From Firmicutes bacterium UBA2598 (lineage in GTDB: Bacteria; Bacillota; PH28-bin88), in the NCBI GenBank assembly GCA_002339345.1, contig DDKM01000032.1, forward strand, positions 13,259-77,258: a stretch of 64,000 nucleotides of DNA. Direction: 5' to 3'. The position numbers were made by a program, and so were the translations under genes. Shown piece by piece: positions 7,792 through 17,042 of the stretch. Each line of letters starts with the position of its first letter. The first letter of the stretch is position 1. The notes beneath the pieces are model-generated. The model was not told where the DNA came from. It searched no databases and worked only from the letters and a program-made list of their open reading frames with translations.

Positions 7792-8889
7792 ATGATCAGC
7801 AAGGTGGCCATTATCGGCATGGGTTTGATAGGGGGATCCATCGGGATGGCCTTAACCTACAGTGGAACTGTAGAACAGGTCACTGGCATCGACCAGGATA
7901 GCCATGCGCTACAATTAGCCATGGAAACAGGGGCAGTGCATACCGCGACACAGGATCTTGTAGCGGGGCTTTCCCAGGCGGATGTTGTTTTTTTGGCCCT
8001 GCCGGTTTCCACCATCATTAACTTGGGAAGCACCATTGGCCCGCTTCTACAGCCCGGCAGCGTGGTGACAGATGTGGGTAGTGTAAAACAGGTGGTTGTC
8101 CAACATATGGAGCGGATCCTCCCTCCGGGAATCAGCTATGTGGGGGGGCATCCCATGGCTGGTTCCGAACGGGTAGGTATCCAGGCTGCAGACAGGTATT
8201 TGTTGGAAAACGCAGCCTACGTCCTAACCCCAACCTCCCGTACCGATCAAAGAGCCTTACAAGTTGTGAGCCACTTGGTCCAGGTCATGGGGGCAAGACC
8301 GATCATATTGGATCCGGTCCAACATGATGAAATGGTAGCTGCTGTCAGCCACCTGCCGCATCTGGTGGCTACAGCTTTGGTACAAACAGCAGCCTTTTTG
8401 GATTCCAAGTGTCCCGGTACTCTGACACTAGCCGCCGGCGGATTCCGCGATGCCACCCGCATAGCGGGGGCTAACCCGGTGATGTGGCGGGATATTTGCT
8501 TGGCTAACCGTGGCCAGTTGTTAAAGGTAATGCAACATTTTCGGGCTACGTTAACGGAACTGGAAGCCCTGATCACAGATGGCCGAGGCGATGAGCTGAT
8601 GGAAGTCTTTCATCACGCCTGTCAGGTGCGGGCACAAATTCCAGCCAAAGCCAAAGGTTTATTACCCCCGTTGGCGGAGGTTGTGGTTACAGTGCCTGAC
8701 CGGCCAGGAATGATCGGCCACTTGGCACAGGTTTTGGGAAATGGCGGGATCAATATTACAGATATCGAAATACTTCGTGTGCGAGAAGGAGAAGGTGGAA
8801 CTATCAGATTGGGGTTTTTAACGGATCAGTCGGCAGATATGGCCGTGGGACTTTTACGTGCCAGTGGTGTTGTGGCCAAACGCAGGTAA
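7792..8889 (+). CDS. tyrA: Prephenate dehydrogenase with C-terminal ACT domain
   Basis: VAIIGMGLIGGSIG Rossmann motif, GGHPMAGSE active-site region, and an ACT-like C-terminus. The start was refined to ATG 7792 behind GGGAGGAG. Confidence 0.9.
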   Translation: MISKVAIIGMGLIGGSIGMALTYSGTVEQVTGIDQDSHALQLAMETGAVHTATQDLVAGLSQADVVFLALPVSTIINLGSTIGPLLQPGSVVTDVGSVKQVVVQHMERILPPGISYVGGHPMAGSERVGIQAADRYLLENAAYVLTPTSRTDQRALQVVSHLVQVMGARPIILDPVQHDEMVAAVSHLPHLVATALVQTAAFLDSKCPGTLTLAAGGFRDATRIAGANPVMWRDICLANRGQLLKVMQHFRATLTELEALITDGRGDELMEVFHHACQVRAQIPAKAKGLLPPLAEVVVTVPDRPGMIGHLAQVLGNGGINITDIEILRVREGEGGTIRLGFLTDQSADMAVGLLRASGVVAKRR

Positions 8890-8920
8890 GGACGGATAGT
8901 GTAATGAGGGGGTTGGGGCT

Positions 8921-10207
8921 ATGCAAAAAGTCATCCAGGCAAAAGGGGGCCTGACAGGGAAGATTACCGTCCCGGGCGATAAATCAATTTCCCACCGTGC
9001 CGCCATGTTAGGTGCTTTGGCGAGAGGCCGAACCGTAATTCACGGATTTTTAAGGGGTGCTGATTGTCTCAGCACCCTGGCCTGTCTTCGTCAATTGGGC
9101 GTGCAAATTAACGAACTCTCCACCGGTGAGATTGAGATTTGGGGGAGGGGATTGGCGTCATTGCATGAGCCATCCACGGTGCTGGATGCCGGTAATTCAG
9201 GTACCACCATGCGCTTGATGGCCGGCATCCTAGCCGGGGCCAAGGGGCTATTTGTACTGTCGGGGGACTCATCTCTCAACAGGCGCCCCATGGCCAGGAT
9301 AATCCAGCCTCTAACCATGATGGGAGGGCGGATATGGGGGCGAGATAATCATACCCTGCCGCCGCTGGCGATTTATGGGGAAAAGCTTCGTGGCATTGTC
9401 TACCAGTCACCGGTGTCCAGTGCCCAAGTCAAATCGGCAATACTCTTGGCAGGGTTGGGTGCTTCTGGTCAGACAACCATAATAGAACCAACCCGTTCAA
9501 GGGATCATACCGAGAGAATGATCCGGGGTTTTGGCGGAAAACTGTCGGTAAACGGAACAACGGTATCCCTGGCAGGACCCCAGGAATTGACTGGGTGTGA
9601 AATAACAGTCCCTGGGGACATCTCTTCTGCCGCTTTCTGGCTGGTGGCGGGTGCCATTGTACCAGGCTCCGAACTGATGGTCAGTGGAGTAGGGTTAAAT
9701 CCCACCCGCACTGGCATCGTGGATGTTCTGCAACAAATGGGTGCCCGGTTGGAGATTACCAATTACCGGGAAGTTGCCGGTGAACCCGTTGGCGATGTGA
9801 AGGTAAAAGGAGACACGACCTTACGGGGGATTACTATTGCCGGCAGCATGATTCCCCGCTTGGTGGATGAGATACCGGTGATCGCCGTAGCTGCCTTGGT
9901 AGCAAAAGGGGAAACCATTATTAAGGATGCAGCCGAGCTGCGAGTCAAGGAAAGTGATCGCTTGGCTCTCCTGGCTAGTATTCTGAAGAAAATGGGAGCA
10001 ACAGTGACGGAAAACCCCGATGGATTGGTGATTAGTGGTGGGGTGGAGCTCACGGGGATCACCGGTTTGGCACAGGGAGATCACAGGATCGCCATGGCTA
10101 CTGCCATTGCCGGGCTTATCGCACGTGGTGAAACCACGGTGTTGGATTCCCAATGTGTAGACGTCTCCTATCCGTCTTTTTGGACTACCCTGGCAGGATT
10201 GCGCTGA
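8921..10207 (+). CDS. aroA: 3-phosphoshikimate 1-carboxyvinyltransferase (EPSP synthase)
   Basis: Motifs PGDKSISHRA, LDAGNSGTTMRL, RPM.R and KESDR are canonical for AroA. Confidence 0.95.
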   Translation: MQKVIQAKGGLTGKITVPGDKSISHRAAMLGALARGRTVIHGFLRGADCLSTLACLRQLGVQINELSTGEIEIWGRGLASLHEPSTVLDAGNSGTTMRLMAGILAGAKGLFVLSGDSSLNRRPMARIIQPLTMMGGRIWGRDNHTLPPLAIYGEKLRGIVYQSPVSSAQVKSAILLAGLGASGQTTIIEPTRSRDHTERMIRGFGGKLSVNGTTVSLAGPQELTGCEITVPGDISSAAFWLVAGAIVPGSELMVSGVGLNPTRTGIVDVLQQMGARLEITNYREVAGEPVGDVKVKGDTTLRGITIAGSMIPRLVDEIPVIAVAALVAKGETIIKDAAELRVKESDRLALLASILKKMGATVTENPDGLVISGGVELTGITGLAQGDHRIAMATAIAGLIARGETTVLDSQCVDVSYPSFWTTLAGLR

Positions 10208-10218
10208 CGGAGGTATAA

Positions 10219-10917
10219 TTGGACTACGGGGGGGATTGGACATTGGCCTGTATCGATGGTATTGCCATTGACGGGCCAGCCGGAGCAGGCAAGAGCACTG
10301 TCGCCAAGCTGGTGGCCCGTAAGCTCTCTTATCTATATATTGACACCGGGGCCATGTACAGGGCGTTGACCTGGAAAGCTCTAAATTTGCACATGGACTT
10401 GGAAGATCCCGATCTCCTGGGTGATTTGGTAGAAAACACCGATATCCGTCTGGCCGTGGATGCAAGCGGTCAAACCAGGGTATTTTGCGACGGCAGAGAG
10501 ATTACCGATCTCATAAGATCCCCCCAAATCAACAAAGCGGTTTCCCGGGTCGCCTTGATACCAGCAGTGCGGAAACGGATGGTCGAACTGCAAAGGGCAA
10601 TGGCCGAAGGCGGTAAAATAGTGATGGACGGAAGGGATATTGGCACCCATGTCCTGCCCGAAGCGGCAAACAAGTTCTTTCTGACTGCCAGTAGCCAGGA
10701 GAGGGCTATGCGTCGTTATCGCGAACTTAAGGAAAAGGGACATGATGTGACTTTGGAGGAAGTGCTTGCAGAAGTAAAAGAAAGGGATTGGCAGGATTCT
10801 ACACGGAGTGCTGCACCCCTGGCAAAGGCAGAAGGGGCTATTGAAATAGATACCACTGGTCTTTCACCAGATGAGGTGGCCAACTTGGTCATCAGGCATG
10901 TCACCAGGGGGTGTTAG
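10219..10917 (+). CDS. cmk: Cytidylate kinase
   Basis: IAIDGPAGAGKSTVAK P-loop, then YLYIDTGAMYRA, GRDIGT and the C-terminal RD..D..R motif. The TTG start is uncertain; TTG 10243 is an alternative. Confidence 0.9.
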   Translation: MDYGGDWTLACIDGIAIDGPAGAGKSTVAKLVARKLSYLYIDTGAMYRALTWKALNLHMDLEDPDLLGDLVENTDIRLAVDASGQTRVFCDGREITDLIRSPQINKAVSRVALIPAVRKRMVELQRAMAEGGKIVMDGRDIGTHVLPEAANKFFLTASSQERAMRRYRELKEKGHDVTLEEVLAEVKERDWQDSTRSAAPLAKAEGAIEIDTTGLSPDEVANLVIRHVTRGC

Positions 10918-10918
10918 G

Positions 10919-11509
10919 TTGTTTTATCGATTTGCCAGGGGACTTTTTCGCCTTTTTTTTAATATTTGTTGCCAGTGGAGGATTATCGGGGGCGAAAACG
11001 AGCCCGTTGAAGGGCCTGTAATTGTCATCTGCAATCATGTGGGCAACTGGGATCCCATTGTGCTGGGCGTAGCCCTTAAACGACAGGTACGGTACATGGC
11101 AAAGGAAGAACTGTTCCGATGGCCAGTGTTAGGCCAGTTAATCAAGAGCCTAGGTGCGTTCCCCATTAAGCGTGGTCAATCAGACCGGGCAGCCATGAAA
11201 ACGGCCCAGGAAATAATTACCCAAGGACAGATGCTGGGTATGTTCCCTGAGGGGAGCCGTAGCCGCACGGGTGGATTGCGTCCATTCAAGGCTGGGGCTG
11301 CGGTTCTGGCCCTGCGGACTGGGGCAACCGTACTGCCGGTGGCACTGGTGGGAACACAGCGTATATTTAGGCAGGGATGGTTCCGTCCTTTTCAGGTACG
11401 AATTGGTGCTCCCATCATGGTGAATAAACCAGATGTAGTGGATTCCGCAAAGGTAGAAGAACTTACCGCCAGATTTTATACTGCCATTGAAAACCTTTTG
11501 AGCCAATAA
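10919..11509 (+). CDS. plsC: 1-acyl-sn-glycerol-3-phosphate acyltransferase
   Basis: NHVGNWDP (the HX4D acyltransferase motif) and FPEGSRSRTG are present. I chose TTG 10919 because AGGGGGTG sits 6 nt upstream. The ORF-track start at 10871 would overlap cmk by 47 nt. Confidence 0.85.
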   Translation: MFYRFARGLFRLFFNICCQWRIIGGENEPVEGPVIVICNHVGNWDPIVLGVALKRQVRYMAKEELFRWPVLGQLIKSLGAFPIKRGQSDRAAMKTAQEIITQGQMLGMFPEGSRSRTGGLRPFKAGAAVLALRTGATVLPVALVGTQRIFRQGWFRPFQVRIGAPIMVNKPDVVDSAKVEELTARFYTAIENLLSQ

Positions 11510-11620
11510 AAATTGGCGAATTTCTTTTTTTGGAAGGATTTTCGGCAATTTTAACGAAGGATAAATAATGTTTGACATTTCGCATTAGAATACAACTTAT
11601 AGGCTGTTCATGATGGGAAG

Positions 11621-13606
11621 ATGCACGTGGAAATAATTAAGGCAAAGCATGCTGGGTTCTGTTTCGGTGTGCGCAGGGCAATCCGGCAGGCAGAAGAAAC
11701 GATGAGTTCAAGTAAAGGACCTTTCTATTCCTTGGGGCCTTTAATTCATAACCCACAAGTGGTTAAAGATCTCGCGGCCAAAGGTATTATGCCTGTGGAT
11801 GACCTGGAAAAACTTCCGGCCGGTACAGTAATTATCCGATCCCATGGAGTATCGCCGGCAGTACTGGACCAAATAAAACATCATGGATCACAGGTGTCAG
11901 ATGCCACCTGCCCATTTGTGCGGAGGGCCCAGGAAAAGGCGCGATTTATGGCGGAACAAGGATTTCGGGTGGTAGTGGTTGGCGAACCGGCTCACCCGGA
12001 GGTACTTGGGTTACTAGGCTGGGCTGGCCAGGATGCCATAGTTATCGAAACCGAGGCTCAAGCCAAAGGATTACCCAGTTACGATAAAGTCGCCCTTGTT
12101 GCCCAAACAACTCAACCAGCAGACAAGCTTGTCAGAATTGCTGATATTATAAGAGGTAAAACTAACGAACTGGTTGTATGTGATACCATCTGTGATGCCA
12201 CCCGCCAGAGACAGGAGGCTACCGCAATACTGGCAGGCCTGGTAGATGTCATGATTGTGGTGGGGGGTAAGAACAGCGCCAATACCCGCAAACTAGCGGA
12301 ACTCAGCAGTCAAAAGGGGACTCCTACTTACCACATTGAGGACGCTAGTGATTTGAAGGCCCAAATGTTGGTAGGAGCCGAGAAAGTGGGAATCTCAGCT
12401 GGAGCTTCTACTCCAGATTGGATTATTGAGGAGGTTGTAAGAAAAATGACTGAAATGGAAAAGGAAATAACCACGGGAGAACAGGCAGCACCGACTGATG
12501 TCAAACGGGATATGCCAACAGAAACCATGTCCTTGGAAGATGGCATCAGAAATATCCGGAGAGGTGAAATAGTCGTTGGCACAGTGGTGCAAATCAAAAA
12601 TGATGAAGTGGTAGTGGATGTTGGTGGCAAATCCGAGGGTATCATTCCCTTAAATGAGCTGTCCTACCGGAGCATTTCAGATCCTAGTGAACTGCTGAAG
12701 GTAGGTGACAGCATAGAAGTACAGGTGTTGAGAACGGAAAATGAGGAAGGGCATCCAGTCTTATCCAAAAAGAGAGTGGACCGTAAATTAGCATGGGACA
12801 AGCTTGAACAATACCACCGGGAAGGACATATCATTACCGCTAAGGTTGTGGATGTGGTAAAGGGCGGCTTGTTGGTGGATGTGGGAATTAACGGCTTTGT
12901 TCCGGCTTCCCAAGTGGAGCGGGGTTATGTGGAAAATCTTGACGTTTATTTAGGGCGGGAACTGCGCCTTAAAGTCATTGAATTGAATCGCGCCAAGAAC
13001 AAAGTTGTCTTATCACAGAAGGTAGTGCTGGAAGAGGAGCTTACCAGAAAACGCCAGCAGACTTGGGAAAATCTCGAGGTTAACCAAATTCGCAAAGGAA
13101 TAGTGCGTCGTCTGACCAATTTTGGCGCCTTTGTGGATATCGGCGGTGTAGACGGCCTATTACATGTGTCAGAGATTGCCTGGGGCAGAATCAACCATCC
13201 CCAGGAAGTGCTCAGTGAGGGTCAGGAAATCGATGTGGTAGTCCTTAATGCCGATCCAGTTACCGGAAAGGTTTCCCTTGGCAGAAAACAGATTCTGCCA
13301 AATCCATGGCATACAGCAGCGGAACGCTACCCGGTAGGTGCAATCGTTCAGGGGAGGGTGTTGCGTACAGCGCCCTTTGGAGCATTTGTAGAGCTTGAAC
13401 CAGGTATTGAAGGGTTGGTTCATGTTTCACAATTGGCTGATCGCCACGTGGCCAAGCCGGAGGACGTGGTTTCAGTAGGCGAGATTATATCGGTAAAGGT
13501 ACTTAGTGTGGATCAAGGGGCGCAACGGATGAGCCTAAGCCTTAGAGAAGCTGGTGGTAAATCACAACTTAGTCCGGCAGTTGCCGAGGAAGCAGGAAAT
13601 GAATAA
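11621..13606 (+). CDS. ispH: Bifunctional 4-hydroxy-3-methylbut-2-enyl diphosphate reductase (IspH/LytB) fused to ribosomal protein S1 repeats
   Basis: The N-terminal ~280 aa carry IspH motifs (AGFCFGVRRA, HNP.VV, ATCPFV, SANT.KL). The C-terminal ~370 aa contain four S1-type OB repeats (GTVVQI..., ITAKVVDVVKGGLLVD, KGIVRRLTNFGAFVDIGG.DGLLHVSE, QGRVLRTAPFGAFVELEPGIEGLVHVSQ). Confidence 0.9.
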   Translation: MHVEIIKAKHAGFCFGVRRAIRQAEETMSSSKGPFYSLGPLIHNPQVVKDLAAKGIMPVDDLEKLPAGTVIIRSHGVSPAVLDQIKHHGSQVSDATCPFVRRAQEKARFMAEQGFRVVVVGEPAHPEVLGLLGWAGQDAIVIETEAQAKGLPSYDKVALVAQTTQPADKLVRIADIIRGKTNELVVCDTICDATRQRQEATAILAGLVDVMIVVGGKNSANTRKLAELSSQKGTPTYHIEDASDLKAQMLVGAEKVGISAGASTPDWIIEEVVRKMTEMEKEITTGEQAAPTDVKRDMPTETMSLEDGIRNIRRGEIVVGTVVQIKNDEVVVDVGGKSEGIIPLNELSYRSISDPSELLKVGDSIEVQVLRTENEEGHPVLSKKRVDRKLAWDKLEQYHREGHIITAKVVDVVKGGLLVDVGINGFVPASQVERGYVENLDVYLGRELRLKVIELNRAKNKVVLSQKVVLEEELTRKRQQTWENLEVNQIRKGIVRRLTNFGAFVDIGGVDGLLHVSEIAWGRINHPQEVLSEGQEIDVVVLNADPVTGKVSLGRKQILPNPWHTAAERYPVGAIVQGRVLRTAPFGAFVELEPGIEGLVHVSQLADRHVAKPEDVVSVGEIISVKVLSVDQGAQRMSLSLREAGGKSQLSPAVAEEAGNE

Positions 13607-14663
13607 CCATCCTCCGCAGCGGGAGCAGCGGAAGCTTGATCATATCAAATACTCCCTGGAACTGGTGGATGGGCCCAGTACCAGTGGTTTTGAAGAAATT
13701 CATTTAATTCATCAGGCTACCCCGGAACTAGACCTTTCGGATATCGATCCATCGATCGAATTATTCGGAAAACGGTTGAGTTTTCCATTAGTAATCAACG
13801 CATTAACCGGCGGTGTTGCGGAAGCAAAGGCCATCAATCATTCACTGGCAAGGGTATCCTCCCGGTTAGGAGTGGCCATGGCCGTAGGATCTCAGGCTGC
13901 CGCTCTGGAGAATACTGACCTGCAGGAAACCTTTCAGGTGGCCAGAAAAGCAAACCCGAGGGGCGTGTTAATGGCAAATGTTAGTGCCCTTACCTCCTAT
14001 AAAGATGCCCGTAGAGCAGTGGAAATGCTTGAAGCAGACGCGCTGCAAGTACACTTGAACGTACCACAGGAACTGGCCATGGGTGAGGGAGACCGTCATT
14101 TTCGAGGGGTGCTCCAAAATATCGGGGAACTGGTACAAAATGTAGGTGTTCCGGTTGTTGTGAAGGAAGTAGGATTTGGCATTTCTAGGGAAACAGCGGG
14201 TAAGCTTTTTGGCCGCGGTGTGCGTTACCTTGATCTCGGTGGACAGGGGGGCACCAATTTTATAGCCATTGAACACCGCCGAGCAGGCCATGGATATCAA
14301 ATTCCCCTGGACTGGGGAATTTCCACCGCAGCCAGTTTGGTCGAGGTAAGCAGTCTCCGCCTTCCTATGTTTTTGATTGCCAGTGGCGGAATTAGGCATC
14401 CCCTGGATATGGTTAAGGCGATGGCTCTGGGAGCAGGACTTATTGGGGTTGCTGGGCCCTTCCTACGTACATTAATTACACAGTCCGAGGATAGTCTACA
14501 GAAACAGTTGCAATGGTGGCGTCAATGCTTTATAGTCTTAATGCTGATGGTTGGGGCCTCTCGGGTTGCGGATCTCGCCCATTGCCCACTGGTTATTTAT
14601 GGTAGATTAAGGGAATGGATGCAACAACGGGGTATCACTATGACGGAGTATGGTAAAAGGTAA
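13599..14663 (+). CDS. fni: Type 2 isopentenyl-diphosphate delta-isomerase (FMN-dependent)
   Basis: RK.DHI N-terminus, VGSQ, VVKEVGFG and the SGGIR motif are present. The start was refined to ATG 13599, which overlaps the ispH-S1 stop in ATGAATAA. Confidence 0.9.
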   Translation: MNNHPPQREQRKLDHIKYSLELVDGPSTSGFEEIHLIHQATPELDLSDIDPSIELFGKRLSFPLVINALTGGVAEAKAINHSLARVSSRLGVAMAVGSQAAALENTDLQETFQVARKANPRGVLMANVSALTSYKDARRAVEMLEADALQVHLNVPQELAMGEGDRHFRGVLQNIGELVQNVGVPVVVKEVGFGISRETAGKLFGRGVRYLDLGGQGGTNFIAIEHRRAGHGYQIPLDWGISTAASLVEVSSLRLPMFLIASGGIRHPLDMVKAMALGAGLIGVAGPFLRTLITQSEDSLQKQLQWWRQCFIVLMLMVGASRVADLAHCPLVIYGRLREWMQQRGITMTEYGKR

Positions 14664-14675
14664 AACACAATCGCG

Positions 14676-16153
14676 ATAGGGAGCGGCTAATAGCCGCCGA
14701 CCCTCCCACACCACCTAGCAAGCGGGTCATACTCATGCGGTTCGTCAAGATTAACGGGCTATCTCTTAGACAGACTTGCCACACCCAGTCTTGCTAGATA
14801 GTTATTGGTAAGGGTCAACTAAGAATGGGGCTGGCTATTGGAGGTTCTCCAGTAGCCCTTTCTTGTATTGGCGAATCAAGAGAACCGGCTCTTGGTGCAG
14901 TTTTTCCAGCTCTTCAATCGCTACTATACTGAACTCCGTTATGCTTACTGCATCAACCCCGCCCGCTCCGCGGTTCTCCCTGACTTTCTCCCAGAGGCTA
15001 ATCTTAGGTTGGTCGGGTGATACACCTTGTCGATCAGTGAATGGACCTTGGTCTTTTGGGTCGTGCCTACTGGGTCCATTGTCATCAGTCTCCTCCGTCC
15101 AAGTTCCGGGTCTTTCACTTAGGGAACTATCCTTCCCTTGCAACATACTCACTGCTTCCTCTGGATTTTCGGCCTCAGTTAAGCGAATCGCCTTCCCCTC
15201 ACAGGCTACCTTTTGGGTAACCTTGAGCCGCCCCTTCTTCCAAGCGGTCCCGGCGTTTCTGTTGTTCGCCGGTTCGAGTGCTATTCGATTCTCCGACTCC
15301 TCGCATCGCTTGGGCATTCACTTCGAGGTTACCTTATAGAATGCCTTACCGGTTATTGTGCTTGTCTGAACAGGACGGACATGCACAAACTACCTCCATC
15401 CCGGCTATCTTTACCCACCGGCCCATTTCGGTGCATCAACCGGACGATACGAGGCCTCCGTGGGTCACGCAGTTATCTTCCGTACCATGCCGCCCGCACA
15501 CACCTTGGTACGACGGGTGGACTAGAACGCCTTCGCCTCCATAGTGCAGGCTCGACCTTGCCCCGTCTTTGGCCGACCGGTTCATCTTTGGGGCAGCCCC
15601 CTTTGATTACGGCCTGGTACTTCTCCTCAAGTCCTCCGGACCCCACCTCGCGATGGGCACCCTGCCTTCCGGGTGTTACCCGGCCCCCGAGGCATTACCC
15701 CCGGATTTGGATATGGGTCTCCTAGTCCGAGACCCAGTGGGATTTTAACCCACCTGACAACTACGCTGCCACGCGCACATTATGGCCTCTGCTGACTTTT
15801 GGCAGTTCAGCCGTACATTACTGCACGGGTTGCCCCTTCAAAGTTCATTTCCACGGCGTACCTGCCAGATCCCCCCGGGTAAGCGTGTATGCTTTCATCC
15901 CATGTACCCGCCGTATCTACTGCATGGGGTTCGGGCAGTGTTGGATTTCGTCGTGTGTTACAAACCCGTCCGCCTCAAGGCAGCCTCCCATAGGGTTTTG
16001 GTGCATCGGGCCGGGACTTTGCCGCCGACTTCCTGCACCACCCACCTGCGTTGGGTCCCCACACCTCGGACACCCTTGCCTTTGGCTAATGGTTCCCACT
16101 GCCAGGCCCATAGCGGACTTTCACCGCCAAACCTACACCCATGCCGGGCGCAC
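14676..16153 (-). mobile_element. Group II intron relic (ribozyme 5' domains plus truncated maturase/RT ORF), antisense to the flanking genes
   Basis: The minus strand begins GUGCGCCCGGCAUGGGUG... at 16153, the group II 5' consensus GUGCG. GC-rich structured RNA follows with no credible sense ORF. It contains an N-terminal RT fragment. The 3' boundary is tentative: ...CCCUAU at 14676 after a hairpin at 14677-14707. Confidence 0.75.
14835..15317 (-). pseudogene. Truncated group II intron reverse transcriptase/maturase (only about 160 aa: N-terminal extension plus RT-0 region)
   Basis: ...ISLWEKVRENRGAGGVDAVSITEF...EELEKLHQE resembles the RT-0/RT-1 start of intron-encoded proteins (..NKGA.GVDG.T..EF...L..L...L). 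The ORF then stops, and RT domains 2-7, X and En are absent. Confidence 0.75.
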
Positions 16154-16163
16154 CACTAGCTTC

Positions 16164-16194
16164 AACAGGCGGTAATAATCGCCTGTTTTCATTT
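16164..16194 (+). terminator. Rho-independent terminator-like hairpin, probably the original fni terminator displaced by the intron
   Basis: AACAGGCG (16164-16171), 8-nt loop, CGCCUGUU (16180-16187), then UUC AUUU. It sits 10 nt beyond the intron 5' junction. Confidence 0.55.
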
Positions 16195-16262
16195 GTATAT
16201 GAAGAAAAAAGATGGGCATTCTAGAGTTAATAATTCTTATTTTACCAGAGAGGAGCAGGGAT

Positions 16263-17042
16263 ATGGCCGGATTTCCCATCGGCATGATCGCCCTCCTTGG
16301 ACTAGCTGCCCTTATCTATTTTGGGTTAGCCCAGAGGGTGCTGGACAGAATGTACTTAAATGATAAAGTGGCCATTGGCATCTTGGCAGCCATAGCAATT
16401 GGCAGTTTTATCAACATACCACTGTTCACCGGGCGCATGGATATATCCATCAATGTTGGTGGTGGATTAATTCCCATTGGACTTGCTATCTATGTGTTGA
16501 CCAGGGCCGGAACACCCATGGAAAAATGGCGGGCAATTGGGGCCATCATTGCGACTGCCATAACGGTATTTTTGATTAACGGGTTGCTTTTCACCGATGA
16601 CCCGTGGCAAGGAGGACGGGACTGGTTGGATCCGTTGCTGGTATATCCTCTGGCAGCAGGCACCATTGCCTATATCGTTGGGAGGTCAAGGCGGAGCGCT
16701 TTCATTTCAGCTACCATTGGGGTACTGTTACTTGATTTGTACGATGCATTTTATCTCGGAACCACTGGAACACCAGGCACGGTAGCCATCGGCGGGGCGG
16801 GGGCCTTTGACACCATTTTGTTATCGGGTGTGGTGGCAGTCTTATTAGCTGAGGTTATGGGGGAAACCATGGAGCGCCTGCAGGGCGGGCCAAAGCCGGA
16901 AGGGCATGCACCAAATCTTCTGCGACAACTGTCTGATCTACAAGGCCACCAACATTTAGCCCAACCCGCTAAGAAAGAACTACCTAAGAACGCCGGGGAT
17001 GAAGTAACTGATGAAGGGAGGCGTAACGGCCATGCGGAATAA
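16263..17042 (+). CDS. DUF1614-family integral membrane protein
   Basis: Polytopic membrane protein starting MAGFPIGMIALLGLAALIYFGLAQRVLDRMYL..., which I recognise as DUF1614-like. The start was refined to ATG 16263 behind GAGAGGAGCAGGG. Confidence 0.7.
   Translation: MAGFPIGMIALLGLAALIYFGLAQRVLDRMYLNDKVAIGILAAIAIGSFINIPLFTGRMDISINVGGGLIPIGLAIYVLTRAGTPMEKWRAIGAIIATAITVFLINGLLFTDDPWQGGRDWLDPLLVYPLAAGTIAYIVGRSRRSAFISATIGVLLLDLYDAFYLGTTGTPGTVAIGGAGAFDTILLSGVVAVLLAEVMGETMERLQGGPKPEGHAPNLLRQLSDLQGHQHLAQPAKKELPKNAGDEVTDEGRRNGHAE

Noticed and set aside
14863-16175. Plus-strand ORFs of 88-170 aa (14863-15339, 15213-15725, 15278-15544, 15782-16159, 15885-16175).
   Set aside because: They are antisense to group II intron ribozyme sequence. 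They are Pro/Ser/Arg/Cys-rich with no SD, and they overlap one another in different frames. These are GC-rich structured-RNA artefacts, not genes.
16153-16194. Class IIC assignment for the intron. IIC introns insert just after terminator hairpins, and a hairpin lies 10 nt from the 5' junction.
   Set aside because: The RNA upstream of the IEP is about 840 nt, far longer than the compact IIC domain I-III. The hairpin's U-tract is on the opposite strand relative to the intron. The hairpin is more simply the displaced fni terminator. Class assignment needs model-based comparison.
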